Positions 12,587 through 24,900 of a stretch of 64,000 bases of DNA are shown in pieces (the first letter of the stretch is position 1; every line of letters begins with the position of its first letter). The translations under genes were made by a program, and so were the position numbers. Source of the stretch: Balanoglossus misakiensis (taxonomy: Eukaryota; Animalia; Hemichordata); the NCBI GenBank assembly GCA_040954595.2, contig JBECUI020000035.1:62001-126000 (forward strand). The letters run 5' to 3'. The notes beneath the pieces were generated by a model, which had not been told where the DNA came from, ran no database searches, and worked only from the letters and a program-made list of their open reading frames with translations.

Positions 12587-13003
12587 GTACGTTATAATCG
12601 CACCCCGAAACTTATGGGCCTGACTTTTTTTTTGCCGTAGTCATTTTGGGTATCTTAACCTCCCATCTTCTACATTTTTAGAAATTTACTCTACAAAATT
12701 GAATGACCCATTACATTTTAGAGACCTTTCCCGAATTCAACCGAAGCCCAATGGGAAGGTCTTCAGATGTAATCCAATATGGCAGCCTCCATGCGATCAC
12801 GTACATTGAAAATCCATTTATATGATACAACCATGCCTTGTCAACTCACCTCGGGTCAAAATTACTGCCATCGATTCATCATTTTGCAGTTCAAATTTTA
12901 AAAAGCAACTGACAAAAAACAACCACTCTTGCACTATTTCTCCACAACATTTACTACTCGTAATTATTAACATTCAATGTTTTCCATTTTATTTCCACTA
13001 CAG

Positions 13004-13210
13004 TATGAATCAGTGACACATACATCGAATTCTACAAAGAGACGTAAACTGACCATAACTGATGGCACAAGAGATGCTGAAGTCAACCTTTGGGGTGAGA
13101 AAACAGCGCTGCCACTGGATGTAGGTGCCACAGTTAAACTAGGCCCATTGGTTATCAACAGATATAAAACATCGTCCACATTAAATACAACAGCGACAAC
13201 TGAAGTGGAG
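13004..13210 (+). CDS. OB-fold (RPA/SSB-like) protein, second coding exon
   Basis: CTACAG|TAT acceptor and GAG|GTGAGA donor, both phase 0; KRRKLTITDGTRDAEVNLWGE matches the RPA-type R.l.l.D.t..i.v.LWG motif. Confidence 0.65.
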
Positions 13211-13227
13211 GTGAGACATAAAATACT

Positions 13228-14553
13228 GTTCCTGATGCTCCGTGAGAACTGTCAAGTAGCCACGGTTCTAGGCGACATAGGATGGATGTCCACGGTACGG
13301 GAGGAGGCCATGCATGTATACGGGAAGGAAAAGAATGAAGCCAACCTGCCCGTACCATCCGACGCAGCCATAAAAACCTGCACACTACCTCGGGAGTTCA
13401 ATCCAGGCCGCGTACGTGGGGGATTCGTTGGCCATATCTCCCCGCAAGAGCCCACAAGAACCACCACCGCAGCTGACGACCTGGAGGAAACTTTGAGCAT
13501 CTTCCGGGATCCGCAGCTGGAAAAACAGGTACTCGGTGGCGACAAGGACCAGGCGATGGAGGTGTCGGAAGGGCCAGACCCACCCCGCACCCGTGTATCA
13601 CCCCCAATAGCAGTAGCGAGAGACGGGGGAAACCAAGGGCTGCTGCAGGAGCCATCACCCCCACGCCAAGAAATGCTGCCGCTGCAGTCACTGATCAACC
13701 CATTGGAGCTGGAGGCGACGTTGGAGGCGGGGGAATATCTAATCCCCTGGGAACTTCGACGCCACCCCGGCAGCCCTACTAGGTCCAGATCCCCAACCCG
13801 GTCGCCGCGACCGGAGCGTTCTCGAGAGGAAAGGCGGGACCGCCCACCTTCCCGTGAACGACCATCCTTTTCACGCTGGGGAGATCTCAGCCCCAGACGT
13901 CGATCACCGATCCGGTATCCGACGCCGGAACCGCCCAAAGAAGACGAACGCCGCTGGAGGAGCGCCAGGCCGGCCCGAAGGAGCCCCCTATCCTCTGTTC
14001 CACATTACTCATCAGGCCCTTCTCCATGTCCGTTCCCGGGAGGCCGGAGGTCCACGCGCAAACTGAAGAAACACGCCTTTCAGTGCCACCTTCCAGTTAT
14101 TTTTACTGAGAAGCCGGTAGTATTCCGCGAGCGGGACGCGGTTGAGGCGTTAGAGAAACTCACCTATACTGGCTGTGTGGTCCAGGAAATGAAATACCCG
14201 ACCTGCTAGACTTCTATATCCGCAGGGGCGGACCTGGACGGATCCCTACGGAATCCTTTTGTTCACCGGAGTCCATGGTGATGATGAAGCGCCTGTGCGT
14301 CTTCCAGGGGTGGGAGGTGCCGAACAGGTTCCGACTGAGCTCCCCCACCACACCAGCGATTCTCATCCACTGGCGTGTCCTTAGCATACTGCTGAGGTGG
14401 GTATCCCAATCACGACAGGAAGAATTCCGGGAAATCCGACCTCACCGGAAAACATCATCAATCCGGACACAGCAACCAGAGAGGACGGGGGCGGAAGCAG
14501 TCGCACAGAATCCATCGACGCAGGGGGAGCGAGGACGCGCCAGGGGTTTTTGA
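13228..14553 (+). pseudogene. GC-rich frameshifted ORF from a probable mobile element (RS/P-rich region, degenerate C..H..H Zn-finger-like motif, PAILIHWRVL motif)
   Basis: Abrupt GC rise; homology to the inverted paralog ends at AAAATACT (~13227); the frame changes near 14160 (…EALEKL / HLYWLCGPG…MKRLCVFQGW..PAILIHWRVLSILL). Confidence 0.55.
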
Positions 14554-17500
14554 TGCATTTTTTATCCCCCAAGCGTGCGCGGAGGAGTGCCGAGTGGAAG
14601 ACGCGCCCACCACCATAGATGACCTCACTGACTACGATGTTGGTGTCCCCCCTGTTATGTTTCCATCAACATGGGAATAATAATGCGATCATAAGGTATA
14701 ACAACAACCTATTTATTGATCGGCTGAAAAGACTCAACAATGTGCTTCGCCTTATCTGGGCGGAAGTGACGTCGTACAGCAATTCATAAACAAGTGGAAC
14801 ACCAACAATGCAACACTAGAGGGCGCTATATTGATCGTAGCTGTCAGAATACTACACCCCCCCCCCCCCGCATGTTTAAAGGTTTCTATAGAAAAGCATT
14901 GTTGAGGTTCACAAAACTTTGAAGAAGCTTTGCAACCCTAACTTTGGCCAAAGATTTGAATGTTAAGGTTTCACAAACGTAGTTACAGCTGAGGTTCAAC
15001 TAAGACTAGTATAAGAGGCTTCAGCACGCCAAGTCTTGTAGCAAGCTTCAACACAAAGCTTTTTGCAACATTGTTCAAAGCGTTGTCAAAGGTACTGCAC
15101 AACCCTGGTGAAGTAGTGCTATATTTTCAATTAAATGGCTTAAGCCATTTGTCTCTCCAACCAGAATTGCACCAGAGTTAAATACACACAGCTTGAAATT
15201 GTAAAATGTTGCAAAATCAAACGATCACATCCTTACACCTATTATTAGAACCAGAAGTTGAGTCAAAATTTTCCTACCTAGAAATTTTCTTTCCTATGAA
15301 GTTTTTTGCTTATTGGCATTCATATGGGAGCCTAGACCTATTCCAGCTGAGTTGCCAAAATGGCAATGTTGGACAATTCTTCTAATATGCATGATCAAAA
15401 ATGGCCGCCAAATACCTTCTCTAAAATAAAACTTGGCCCTTTTTTCTCAAAATTATGTGTAATATCTAAAATTTCAGGATTTGCATCCATATTGGTTATG
15501 TATTGCAAATATGGCAGTGTTTGGCAACTTTTCTATTTTGCATAATCAAAAATGGCCGCCAATCACCACTAAAAGTGAAATTTTGCCATGTTTCCCAAAA
15601 TGATGCGCAATATCGTATTTTCAGGATTAGCACATTCATATGGGTACCTTTAACAATACAACTGTGTTGCAAATTTGGCAGTGTTACCGTACTAATCATG
15701 AAGCAAGGAAGTGCAACCTCTGTATCCCAAATATATGTCTATCCCCACTCACAAAGAGCCAGCCCCTCTGCATCATCCTGTTCCTCAATCTCACGATGGG
15801 AATCCTTTTCAGAATTCCGACCTCAAAACATCCAGGGATTCACCATCATTCACCACACCCTCGTCAGTATCCACCATGTTTAGATCCAATGCCTGAACAT
15901 GTTGTCTCTTTATCTATGGATTGCGTTAAAGGCCAGTGGGAGTTTCATCTCCTTTTTTTGCAATTTTGACCATTTTTATCTGGTGCATAATGCTAGAGTA
16001 CATATCATCCATACAGGATGATGCATGTACAGTGATGGGAAATGTATCAATCCAAACCTGCACTAGATTTGCATACAGTGCCATACCTTTTAGGGCTATT
16101 TTCTTGACCCTTTTGATAGTCTGCTGGCCAAAAGTGGCTGGCCAAAGTGGCCAGCAGAGACATTCTTCCAATACCCTTCATAGTGCCAACAGACAAGGCT
16201 TGGATATACAACCTGTGTTGCTTGTAAGGCACACATCTCCAATTGGTACATTGGGCCAATTATACTGTACATGTGTACAGCTAGGAAAAAAATATACTTC
16301 ATCATAGTTTCCATGGTCAGCAGCTTCAATAACTTGTTGCCTTTTCTTACTGAACATTTTGACTTATAAAGAAGTATAACAAGAATAAAGTTGTCCAATT
16401 AGTGTTGGCAGGGGGGTGGGGGATGTGTTCTCCCATACAAAGGTGTATAGGTATGTAGTCTTTAAGAAAAACTTGGGGTAAATGACCAGAAAATTTGACT
16501 TATAATACAAATAGGTCGGGTTTTGGGCATTTACACGTGTTGATGTTATCGACTGGGGCGACAGACTACCATCCGAAAATATTTCAAGTACCCCCCCCCC
16601 TCGGGTGCCGGCCAGTGGGATGGAGGTGATAGAAACTGTTGTAGATACAATAGAGGCCTACAACCTGAAAACCTTCTGGCTTTAACCGAGGACTTGCCAT
16701 TAAAGATACCTGTAGGCCCCTATATGCTGCTCCCACATACACTCCCAGTCCTAAACCTTGCATCTGATTTGTGGTGCAGATGAAGAATTAAGATTGGCTT
16801 GACAATTAGCACACTTAATTGCCTGTTATGAGATATAATACATACAATCATGGGACAAGAATGGCAAAAGTTAAATTATCCAGCAGGTGTTTGAATTATG
16901 CAAATTAGAGCAGTTGTCTAATATTGCCATGTCAACCATGTTGAAATTGTTTTAGGTACCCATATTAATGGAAACCCTGCAAATTCGATATTACACACCA
17001 TTTAAAACAAATATGGGAAATTAACATGTTAGAGAAATTTGGCGGCCATTTTGGATTATGCAAATTAGAACAGTTGTCTAATATTGCCATGTCAACCATG
17101 TTGAAATTGTTTTAGGTACCCAGGAGAGTTGAATGAAAATGCCATTTGCAATGCAGTTGTCTTGTATTGGGTGCCCATATTAAGGCATTCTTGAAAACGA
17201 AACATTATTCATCATTTTGACGCAAACAGAAAAGGTGTTCAAATGCAAATTGGAAGAGTTGCCCAACCCTGCCATATTTGCAATACAGTTGTAGTGACTG
17301 TCAACTCGACTACAGACAGTCTCGATGAACACAAGACATGATCCCAATTTGCAAGCTGAGTTGAAACTGACTGCTGCAGTAACTTAGCTGTGGGAATGTC
17401 TTGTGTGATTTAAAACAATGATGACCAAATTTAACACAGTTTCTCTGAGGTAACCATTTAGCTTTCAGGACTAAGTTTGTTTAAGAATCCTTTATTCTAC

Positions 17501-17651
17501 CCAAGGAACAAATTTCCTTAGAATTTCACAACTGAGACACAGTTTACAGATATACAAAAAGTGCGTACTACAAACATAAGAAATTGTTTGCATTTTTTTT
17601 TTCTGATGGCAATGCATTTGACTGTAAACAGACATTGACGTCCTTTAGTAA

Positions 17652-18482
17652 GGGACTGTTCAGTTATGGTGGAGGGGGGGGGGCAAAAGTTTGTGTCATT
17701 GGTTTTCAAAATCAGGCCGACACCCCCTTCAACCAGGACCAAAAAAATGATGACCCCCCCCCCCCTTTGACAGGACCAAAATATGATGACCCTCCTCCCA
17801 CCCCGAAAACATTCGCCATCCTTATCTTATGTACACTGACTGTATGCAATAAAGGTAAAGGGTCTCCTCACACCTCAATTCTAAATTTCTTAAAGAAATT
17901 TATAATTTGAAGTGTATAATAGTATAGCGTTGCAATAAAGAAGGTCTATGGATAAATTAAAAGGACACGTCAATACAATAGTTGGTAGAATTGGTAAAAC
18001 AAGAAAAGTGGAAGGGGTGGGTGTACGTAGGACAATTTTGTAAAATACAATTAATGCATTTTAATGAACTCAAAGGCAAATTAACTTAATGTTGGGGAGG
18101 ACAAATTTGACTTTTGCCACTCAAAGTTAACATCAGTGGGGGTGGGATGGCAAGTATTCTGCCCTGGTACACTATATGTGGCGAAGAAATAAGGGGATGG
18201 GTGTGGGAGGGGATGTCCTCCTTCCACATAAGAAAACTTTGTAAAATATGTAGCTCAAAGTTGCATTTTAATGAAGTCAAAAGCAAATTACATGTATCTC
18301 AATGTTTGAAAGGACCAATTTTACTGTTGCCACTCCACTCAAAGTTAGCATCGGTGGGTACATGTATATGACATCCCCCCTAAACGTTTGAAAAAAAGAT
18401 GACTCCCTCTTTTGGATTTCAAAATTTAAGTGACCCCCTGGATTTTGCCAGCCTCCCCCCACCGTAAAAACTGAATGGTCCC
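17652..18482. mobile_element. PIF/Harbinger-type MITE (TSD TAA)
   Basis: TIRs GGGACTGTTCAGTT / AACTGAATGGTCCC, flanked by TAA on both sides; empty site in the opposite arm (~42650). Confidence 0.8.
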
Positions 18483-19610
18483 TAAGCGCTATTTTGTCAG
18501 TGAAATGGCTCCATTATTATCCCTCCAACCATAGTTGAAACGGAGTTAAATATGTACAGCTTGAAATCATAAAATGTTGCAAAATTGAACCAAGAGTTTG
18601 GTCAATGATCAAGTTCTTACAGCTATTACTAGAACCATACAGTCTCAGCGAACAAGAGACATTGGTCCGATTTGCAAGCCGAGTTGGAACTGACTTTGCC
18701 TGCACACAGATGTGCCAATTTCAGCGAATCTTATCGTATTTAAAAATGAATATGGAGAATTGTTATCTGTGTTCCTATTGCTAGCCTACATACATGTAGC
18801 TGTTGTCATTCTAGTGTTTTTTTTCTGTATACCAAAATTGCCACACTGTTTGGGATACTTTTATCAAATGTTATGTGATACTATATCAGCCTGTTTTGGG
18901 GATCTTGACAATGACATATATTAGACTTTTCATACACAGCATGAGGTAGAATTTCAGAAAAGATTAGGTAATAAGACTGTATATCTCATAGGAAATAATC
19001 ACTTTAGAAGTATTACGATAAAAAAAAATCATTTCACTCTTATTGGGAGCATACATTTGTAAAACATACATACAGACATGAATACAGACATAGAGAGATC
19101 AAGGTGTATACGATTTTCAGTGGGGGAGGGGGTCCTCCTTAATTGCAAACAACTATGTAATGGTAATTTCCCTTTTATAATAACAATTTTTGAGGTATAA
19201 GGAAAAAATATCAAACAAAATAAACAAAAAAACTAATTCAGCTATGATTTGATTCAATTATCATTCTAAAGAAGCACATATCATTAACTCACTACTAAAC
19301 TTTTAAAGTGATCAACCATGCACTTTCTGAGAATTTTTTTTATGCCCCCAAAATACAATTTTTTCATTTTCAGAACATTTATGATATATCACAGTAAAAA
19401 AATCCCCTGGAAACTGCAAAACAAAAAATTGCAAAGCAATCAAACAAAAATGGCAAAAATTGTCCACAAAAACTATATTGACAGTTCCATCATAGGATTT
19501 GTTAAAATGTCGTGATAACACACCTAGGAACCTGCAAACCAAATTTCAAAGAACTGTGAGTAGAGGTTTTTGAGTATTTGACCAAAATCACCCCAAAAAT
19601 ATACTTCAAA

Positions 19611-21963
19611 CCAGATATTAACTGAATATGCTCACGTGCAGTACTGTGATTGGTTGACAGAATAACAAGATTAGAAAAACCAGTGTTAAACCAATTTGGT
19701 TTATAGTGTATATGGTGTAAGGGTTGTGTGTTGCACCATTGTGAAATGTAAACATGTTTGTGGAATTGTTGCCTTGTCAATTTTTGTAAGGGGTTATGAG
19801 TCATGTACCCCATCCTGAACTGCATAAAAAGATAAGTCTATGGAATTCTAAAACTCGTTAATCAAAAATGGCAAGAAATATACCAAAAAGTATGAATATT
19901 TCACCAGATTTCAACAAATCTGATTTCTGTTCATGCCTAAGAACCTCTTTAACAAGTTTCAATAAGGAAGACATTTTGGCAAACAACAGGTAATTCAGAC
20001 AAATCTGACTGATATCACATATATGAATTCCCATTCAAAGTTTCCAATCAATTGGACTTGTGGTTTCACTGAAGACTATTTGGCCAAACCCTGCAGAATT
20101 CCCAAAAAATACAATTATGCAAATTTCTTTACAATTTGATCATATCTGACTGAGATCACCCCTAGAAACCCAAATACAAAGTATCAAAACAATTGCACTT
20201 ACAGTTTCACGGGATTTGATTTTTTGACAAAAACAGGAAATATTGCCCAAAAATGCATTTTTGCAAATTTCACCACCGTTTGCACAAATGTGATTCAGGT
20301 AAGCCCTATGAACCTCCATACCAAGTTTCCAATCAATTGGACATGTAATTTCAGAGAAGAATTTTTTTAAACAAAACTGCAGAAAATTCCCCCAAACATT
20401 CATAAAAAATAGCAAACGCCAGATACTGACTCCACCTGAACAAAATCATACGAGGTCTTCCCATAGTACTTGCACACCAATGCACGCCAATTTTTAACTG
20501 AATCTGATCCGCTGTTATTAAGTTTTTCAATTTTGACTATTTGAACATTTTTCCAGTTAATACCAGTATGCATTTTTTCGCAATAACAATTTCTATGTAC
20601 ACACTAAATATCAGTAGTTTCAAGTTTTTGATGTTGATGGACATACACATACATACATCAATACATTTAGACGAAACTGATCCATTCGCAAAATACATAA
20701 TTCTGTATGAGGCACACATACAGACATACATAGACGACGGACACCAACTTATGCTATAAGCTGACATTGATATACATGTTAGCCAAAAACCAAAATCAAC
20801 CTCAAAATAGACATTAAAATATATTGCACCACCATGAGAAGACAAATTCATTTTTCGACAAATTTTCTGGGGCGTCATTGATATAGCATGGCATATTGTC
20901 AAAGTACGTAGTCTCTGTGATAAGATTCCATACACACAAAATGGTAACCTTGGAAGTCCAGCTGACGTAGTTATGCAATGGCGTCTCGTGTATTCCGTCG
21001 CCAAAAAATCATCGTAAAATTGATAGTCGGGGTCACAATTCAAGACGACTTTCTCTAAATTCTTTATGAATGGATTAAATCGAAATCGAAATGTTGACGT
21101 ATGACGTACGGAATGAGATCTGAACAGACATTCAATGTTATCATTCTCGCTCGATCACATATTGGGTAAGCCATCTAGCAATCGCTATATAGTATTGGCG
21201 ATAACAGACTGTCTATAAACTCACAAAACGGATTTTACTGTTGAGTGTGATCAACCGCCACGTTATTTTTCTCTGAACAATAGACAAATAGAAAGCCTGG
21301 TGACATTTTGAGATTGACTGCGTGAGGACCACAATATGCGTGAATCATTTACGGTTTGTCTTGATGAATGGGTCACGTCATAGTCATAACGCGGATTCGG
21401 CTGCACGCCAACTATCCGCCATATATTGTCTCCACTAACTTACTCGTAAGTAGTTTCAAACTTCATTTGAAAAGAGTATTCGTCTGACAGTCCTGTAGAT
21501 TAACAATTTACGCTCTATGAAGCAACTAAACAACGTTAGCTTCCTTGTGGATTCACGTAGGGAAGTTATTCGTAACGACGGGTACATCGTCTGAGCATGG
21601 ACAGAACAACGGCAATATCGCCAGGAATGTCTCATTTCACAGCGCCCTCAAACAGTCGATCTCCTCAAACTATCGTTTCCACTGGTCATATATGCGGCAT
21701 TAACGAAAGCTCACATAGACAACCATGTAATAGAAAAATTAAAACTTAAATAACTTCATTAATATCAAAGCTACACCCACCAAAACATTTTCAGTTCTTG
21801 CCATATGATATCTGAACCTGTGTACTAAATTTGGTTGAAATCGGTTCAGCGGTTCTTGAGATATCGGGTATACAGACAGACACACACACACATACATACA
21901 TACACACACACACACACAGACATCGCTAAACCATAAGCTCACGTGATTTTCACGTGAGCTAAA
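19611..21963 (+). mobile_element. Composite insertion with non-autonomous Helentron/DINE-like pieces
   Basis: Absent from the right arm (~41545); ends with a (CA/CATA)n tract and hairpin AGCTCACGTG-ATTTT-CACGTGAGCT followed by AAAAA; a similar end at ~20720-20790. Confidence 0.55.
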
Positions 21964-24900
21964 AATGAAAAAAAATCCATGAGGTCTCAAAATGAATACA
22001 CACCAATTTCTAAAGCAATTTGACCAGTTTCCACCAATTTCACATTGGTCCCAGTGGTAGATAGACATATACGAAATGGGAACCAAAGAATAAAACACAT
22101 TTCAAAGATTTAACATCTTTTTCCTCAAGAGTGTTTTTCAAATCTTCTCCACATCCTTCAAAATCGCCACCATAAAGCCATATTACTTGTAGTGCTTATG
22201 TTTGTCATATCTAGGTGATGCATACCACTATAGATGTGTACCCTTTGTATAGAGGCAGATTAAACAGGTGTGGTACCTGTTAAATATCTGACTTCTTTAA
22301 ATTACAGCCACAATCGTCTGTCAACAAGATGTTCATGTAGATGTATACCTAGCAGTAAGCTTATTTAGATTGACAAATCTTAGATGAAAATAATGAAAAA
22401 GTGGCACAACCCTTAGGGCTTTAACTAGCAGCTTTATGCCAGATGAGTTCGAGTCTAACGATGTAATGTTGACATTAAGGTTTCATTGAAATAACTTGGG
22501 AACCTCTCTACTATTTGAAGCACCAAAGCTGTGAAAAACTTCCTTCTTTCCCTGAGTTTTTTATGAATATGTTCTAATCTGGGACAAAAATTTGTTGCCA
22601 AGTGTCTTGACTCCTTTACCAAATGTCAGGGACCGGATTTTTTTCAGCAAAATTTCAAATAACCTTGGCTGATTTTTTACCTACTTTCACATATTGGGTA
22701 GCATGAAAAAAAGTATGGCTTCCAGAAGGGTTATAGATACAGTGTTTTGTAATAACAAGAATTAACATGAAACTATAATTTCATGGTTAATTTAGGACCG
22801 CCTTAATCTATGGTAACGTCATTAAATATTTGCATATCTAATTGTAGGCTATCCAGTGGAGGGAGAAACCTAAACATGGACAACATTGGGGTCAAAATTG
22901 TTTGACAGAACTTTGGGTGACTTTGGGTAAACCTTGACCAACATTACTATATCTTGGCATCCAGAGCAGATGCAACCTTGACACTTGGAGTGATGGAAAT
23001 GCATAATGGAGTATTATGTCTCAGCTAGTCACAGTGCTTTTGCTGTGTTTTATGTCTTTTATTCAGCCAAATTAGATGTTTTTTATTACACATTGGCTGT
23101 GTTTTCCAGTACTTTTTAGCTGGTCACACTGCCTTAAGACAATGTATTCTCAAAATACCATGCAATCATTATGAAGCATATGCAGCAGACAACGTTATGG
23201 TATGACTGAACTTGCCCTTCTTTGTGACTAAAGCATGACCGGCCTGTCTTAGGTGGCCCCTACCTAGGGGCTTTACCCGTCATTGGCTCACAGTCTGAGA
23301 AATCAGCTCTGCAGGGAAGTTAACGATGTAACCCACCATTAAAGCTTGGATTTCCGCTTTTTGTATCTGATGCCTGGCTGAGGCCTTCTTAGGATCTACC
23401 CAACGCTGAGTAGGCTATCCCGTCATTGGCACACAGTCTCAGGGAGGGAGTCCAAAGTTCAGTATACCAGCAAAGCCTTTATATTGTCCATTCTTTTTAA
23501 GAGAAGGCTGGCTGCTGTAGAAAAATGTTGATCTCAAATGTATCATGTCCAAAAAAAGGCAGACTTCCAGCCCTATTGGTTAGGCTGGCATTAGGTATGT
23601 ACATAATTAATGAGACAAGACATAATATTCCATTACATAGTTCAATAACTCCAAGTGTCAAGGATGTATCTGTGCCGGATGCCAAGATATAGGAATGTAG
23701 GTCAAAGTTTACCCAAGATCACCCAAAAGTTTGTCAAAAGATTTTGACCCCAGAGTTGTCCATGTCCAGGTTACCACATCCTCTAGAATAAGATATGCAC
23801 ATATTTAATGAGGTTACCATAGCTCAAGGGGGTCTTTAATTAACCATCAACATTTAGTTTCATATTAATGCATGTTAATATAATACACTGTATCTATAAC
23901 CCTACTGGTAAGCCTAGAATTAGGTACATGCGAAAGTTTTTGACAAGATAGATAAGTTGTAAAATATGTACATGAACCTGACAATTGACTTAAAATAACA
24001 TAAGGCAGACTTGATACTTATCGGAGATAGATACTAATAACAACAGTGATGTTAATTACACCGGGAATGTTTGTCTTATTATAGCTACATGTAAAAGACT
24101 GCTTGAGGTAATGTAATTAAAGTGACCACTTGCGATTCACCTTCAAAGTGCTATGCAAGTCTACGGTACATTGTTTTTCCAATGATTGGACAAAGGATAT
24201 TCATAATGTGTAATTAAGGCTGGATAGCATTTTCAATGTAATAAGCCCTGCCTTCACTATAATCTTACGCCAAATCAACATTGTTCAGTTTATGTTAATA
24301 ATTTCACTAAGGGACACTTGTTACATCAAATTTCCCAGCAAGGGGTGTCAGATTATTGGGCAAGTGGCATGCATGACACTAGACGATACTTTTGGAAGCA
24401 AAGCGGACAGAACACGGCTGGATATAGACTAGGTAATTCTGAATGTGACCATGAACTGTACCACAGACTCTGTATTGTATGTTTCTGAAGAATCCCATTT
24501 AACCCAGACATCAACATACTTCAACCTTGTAAGAAGTAGAACATACATGATTTACTAGTAAATATTTGCTAGGTTATTACACACTTTGGATTACACAAAA
24601 ATAGGTGTGTACACCGCTGTGACATTGCCAAGCAGATATGACCTACCAGGTAACCTAATACAATTTCACAGGAATCGGAGTATTTTCAGTGAAAACAACA
24701 TTTCTTCAACAATGACAAAAACTGCCTCAACCACAAAAATTCAGATATCAACAAATCCAACAATATCTCACTTCAATCACCACAAGGAACATGCCTACCA
24801 AAATTGAAAGCAATTTGACATGCGGTTTCAAAGAATACAAATTGCAAAAATTGCCTCAAGACCACAAATATGCAAATTTCACCAAAATGATATACAACAT

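Noticed and set aside
12977-14209. 410-aa ORF as a single real protein
   Set aside because: Chance read-through from a spliced exon across a donor site into an unrelated GC-rich insertion
14653-14792. Possible short LTR (TGTTATG...CATAAACA)
   Set aside because: No partner LTR, TSD, or correctly oriented PBS/PPT found
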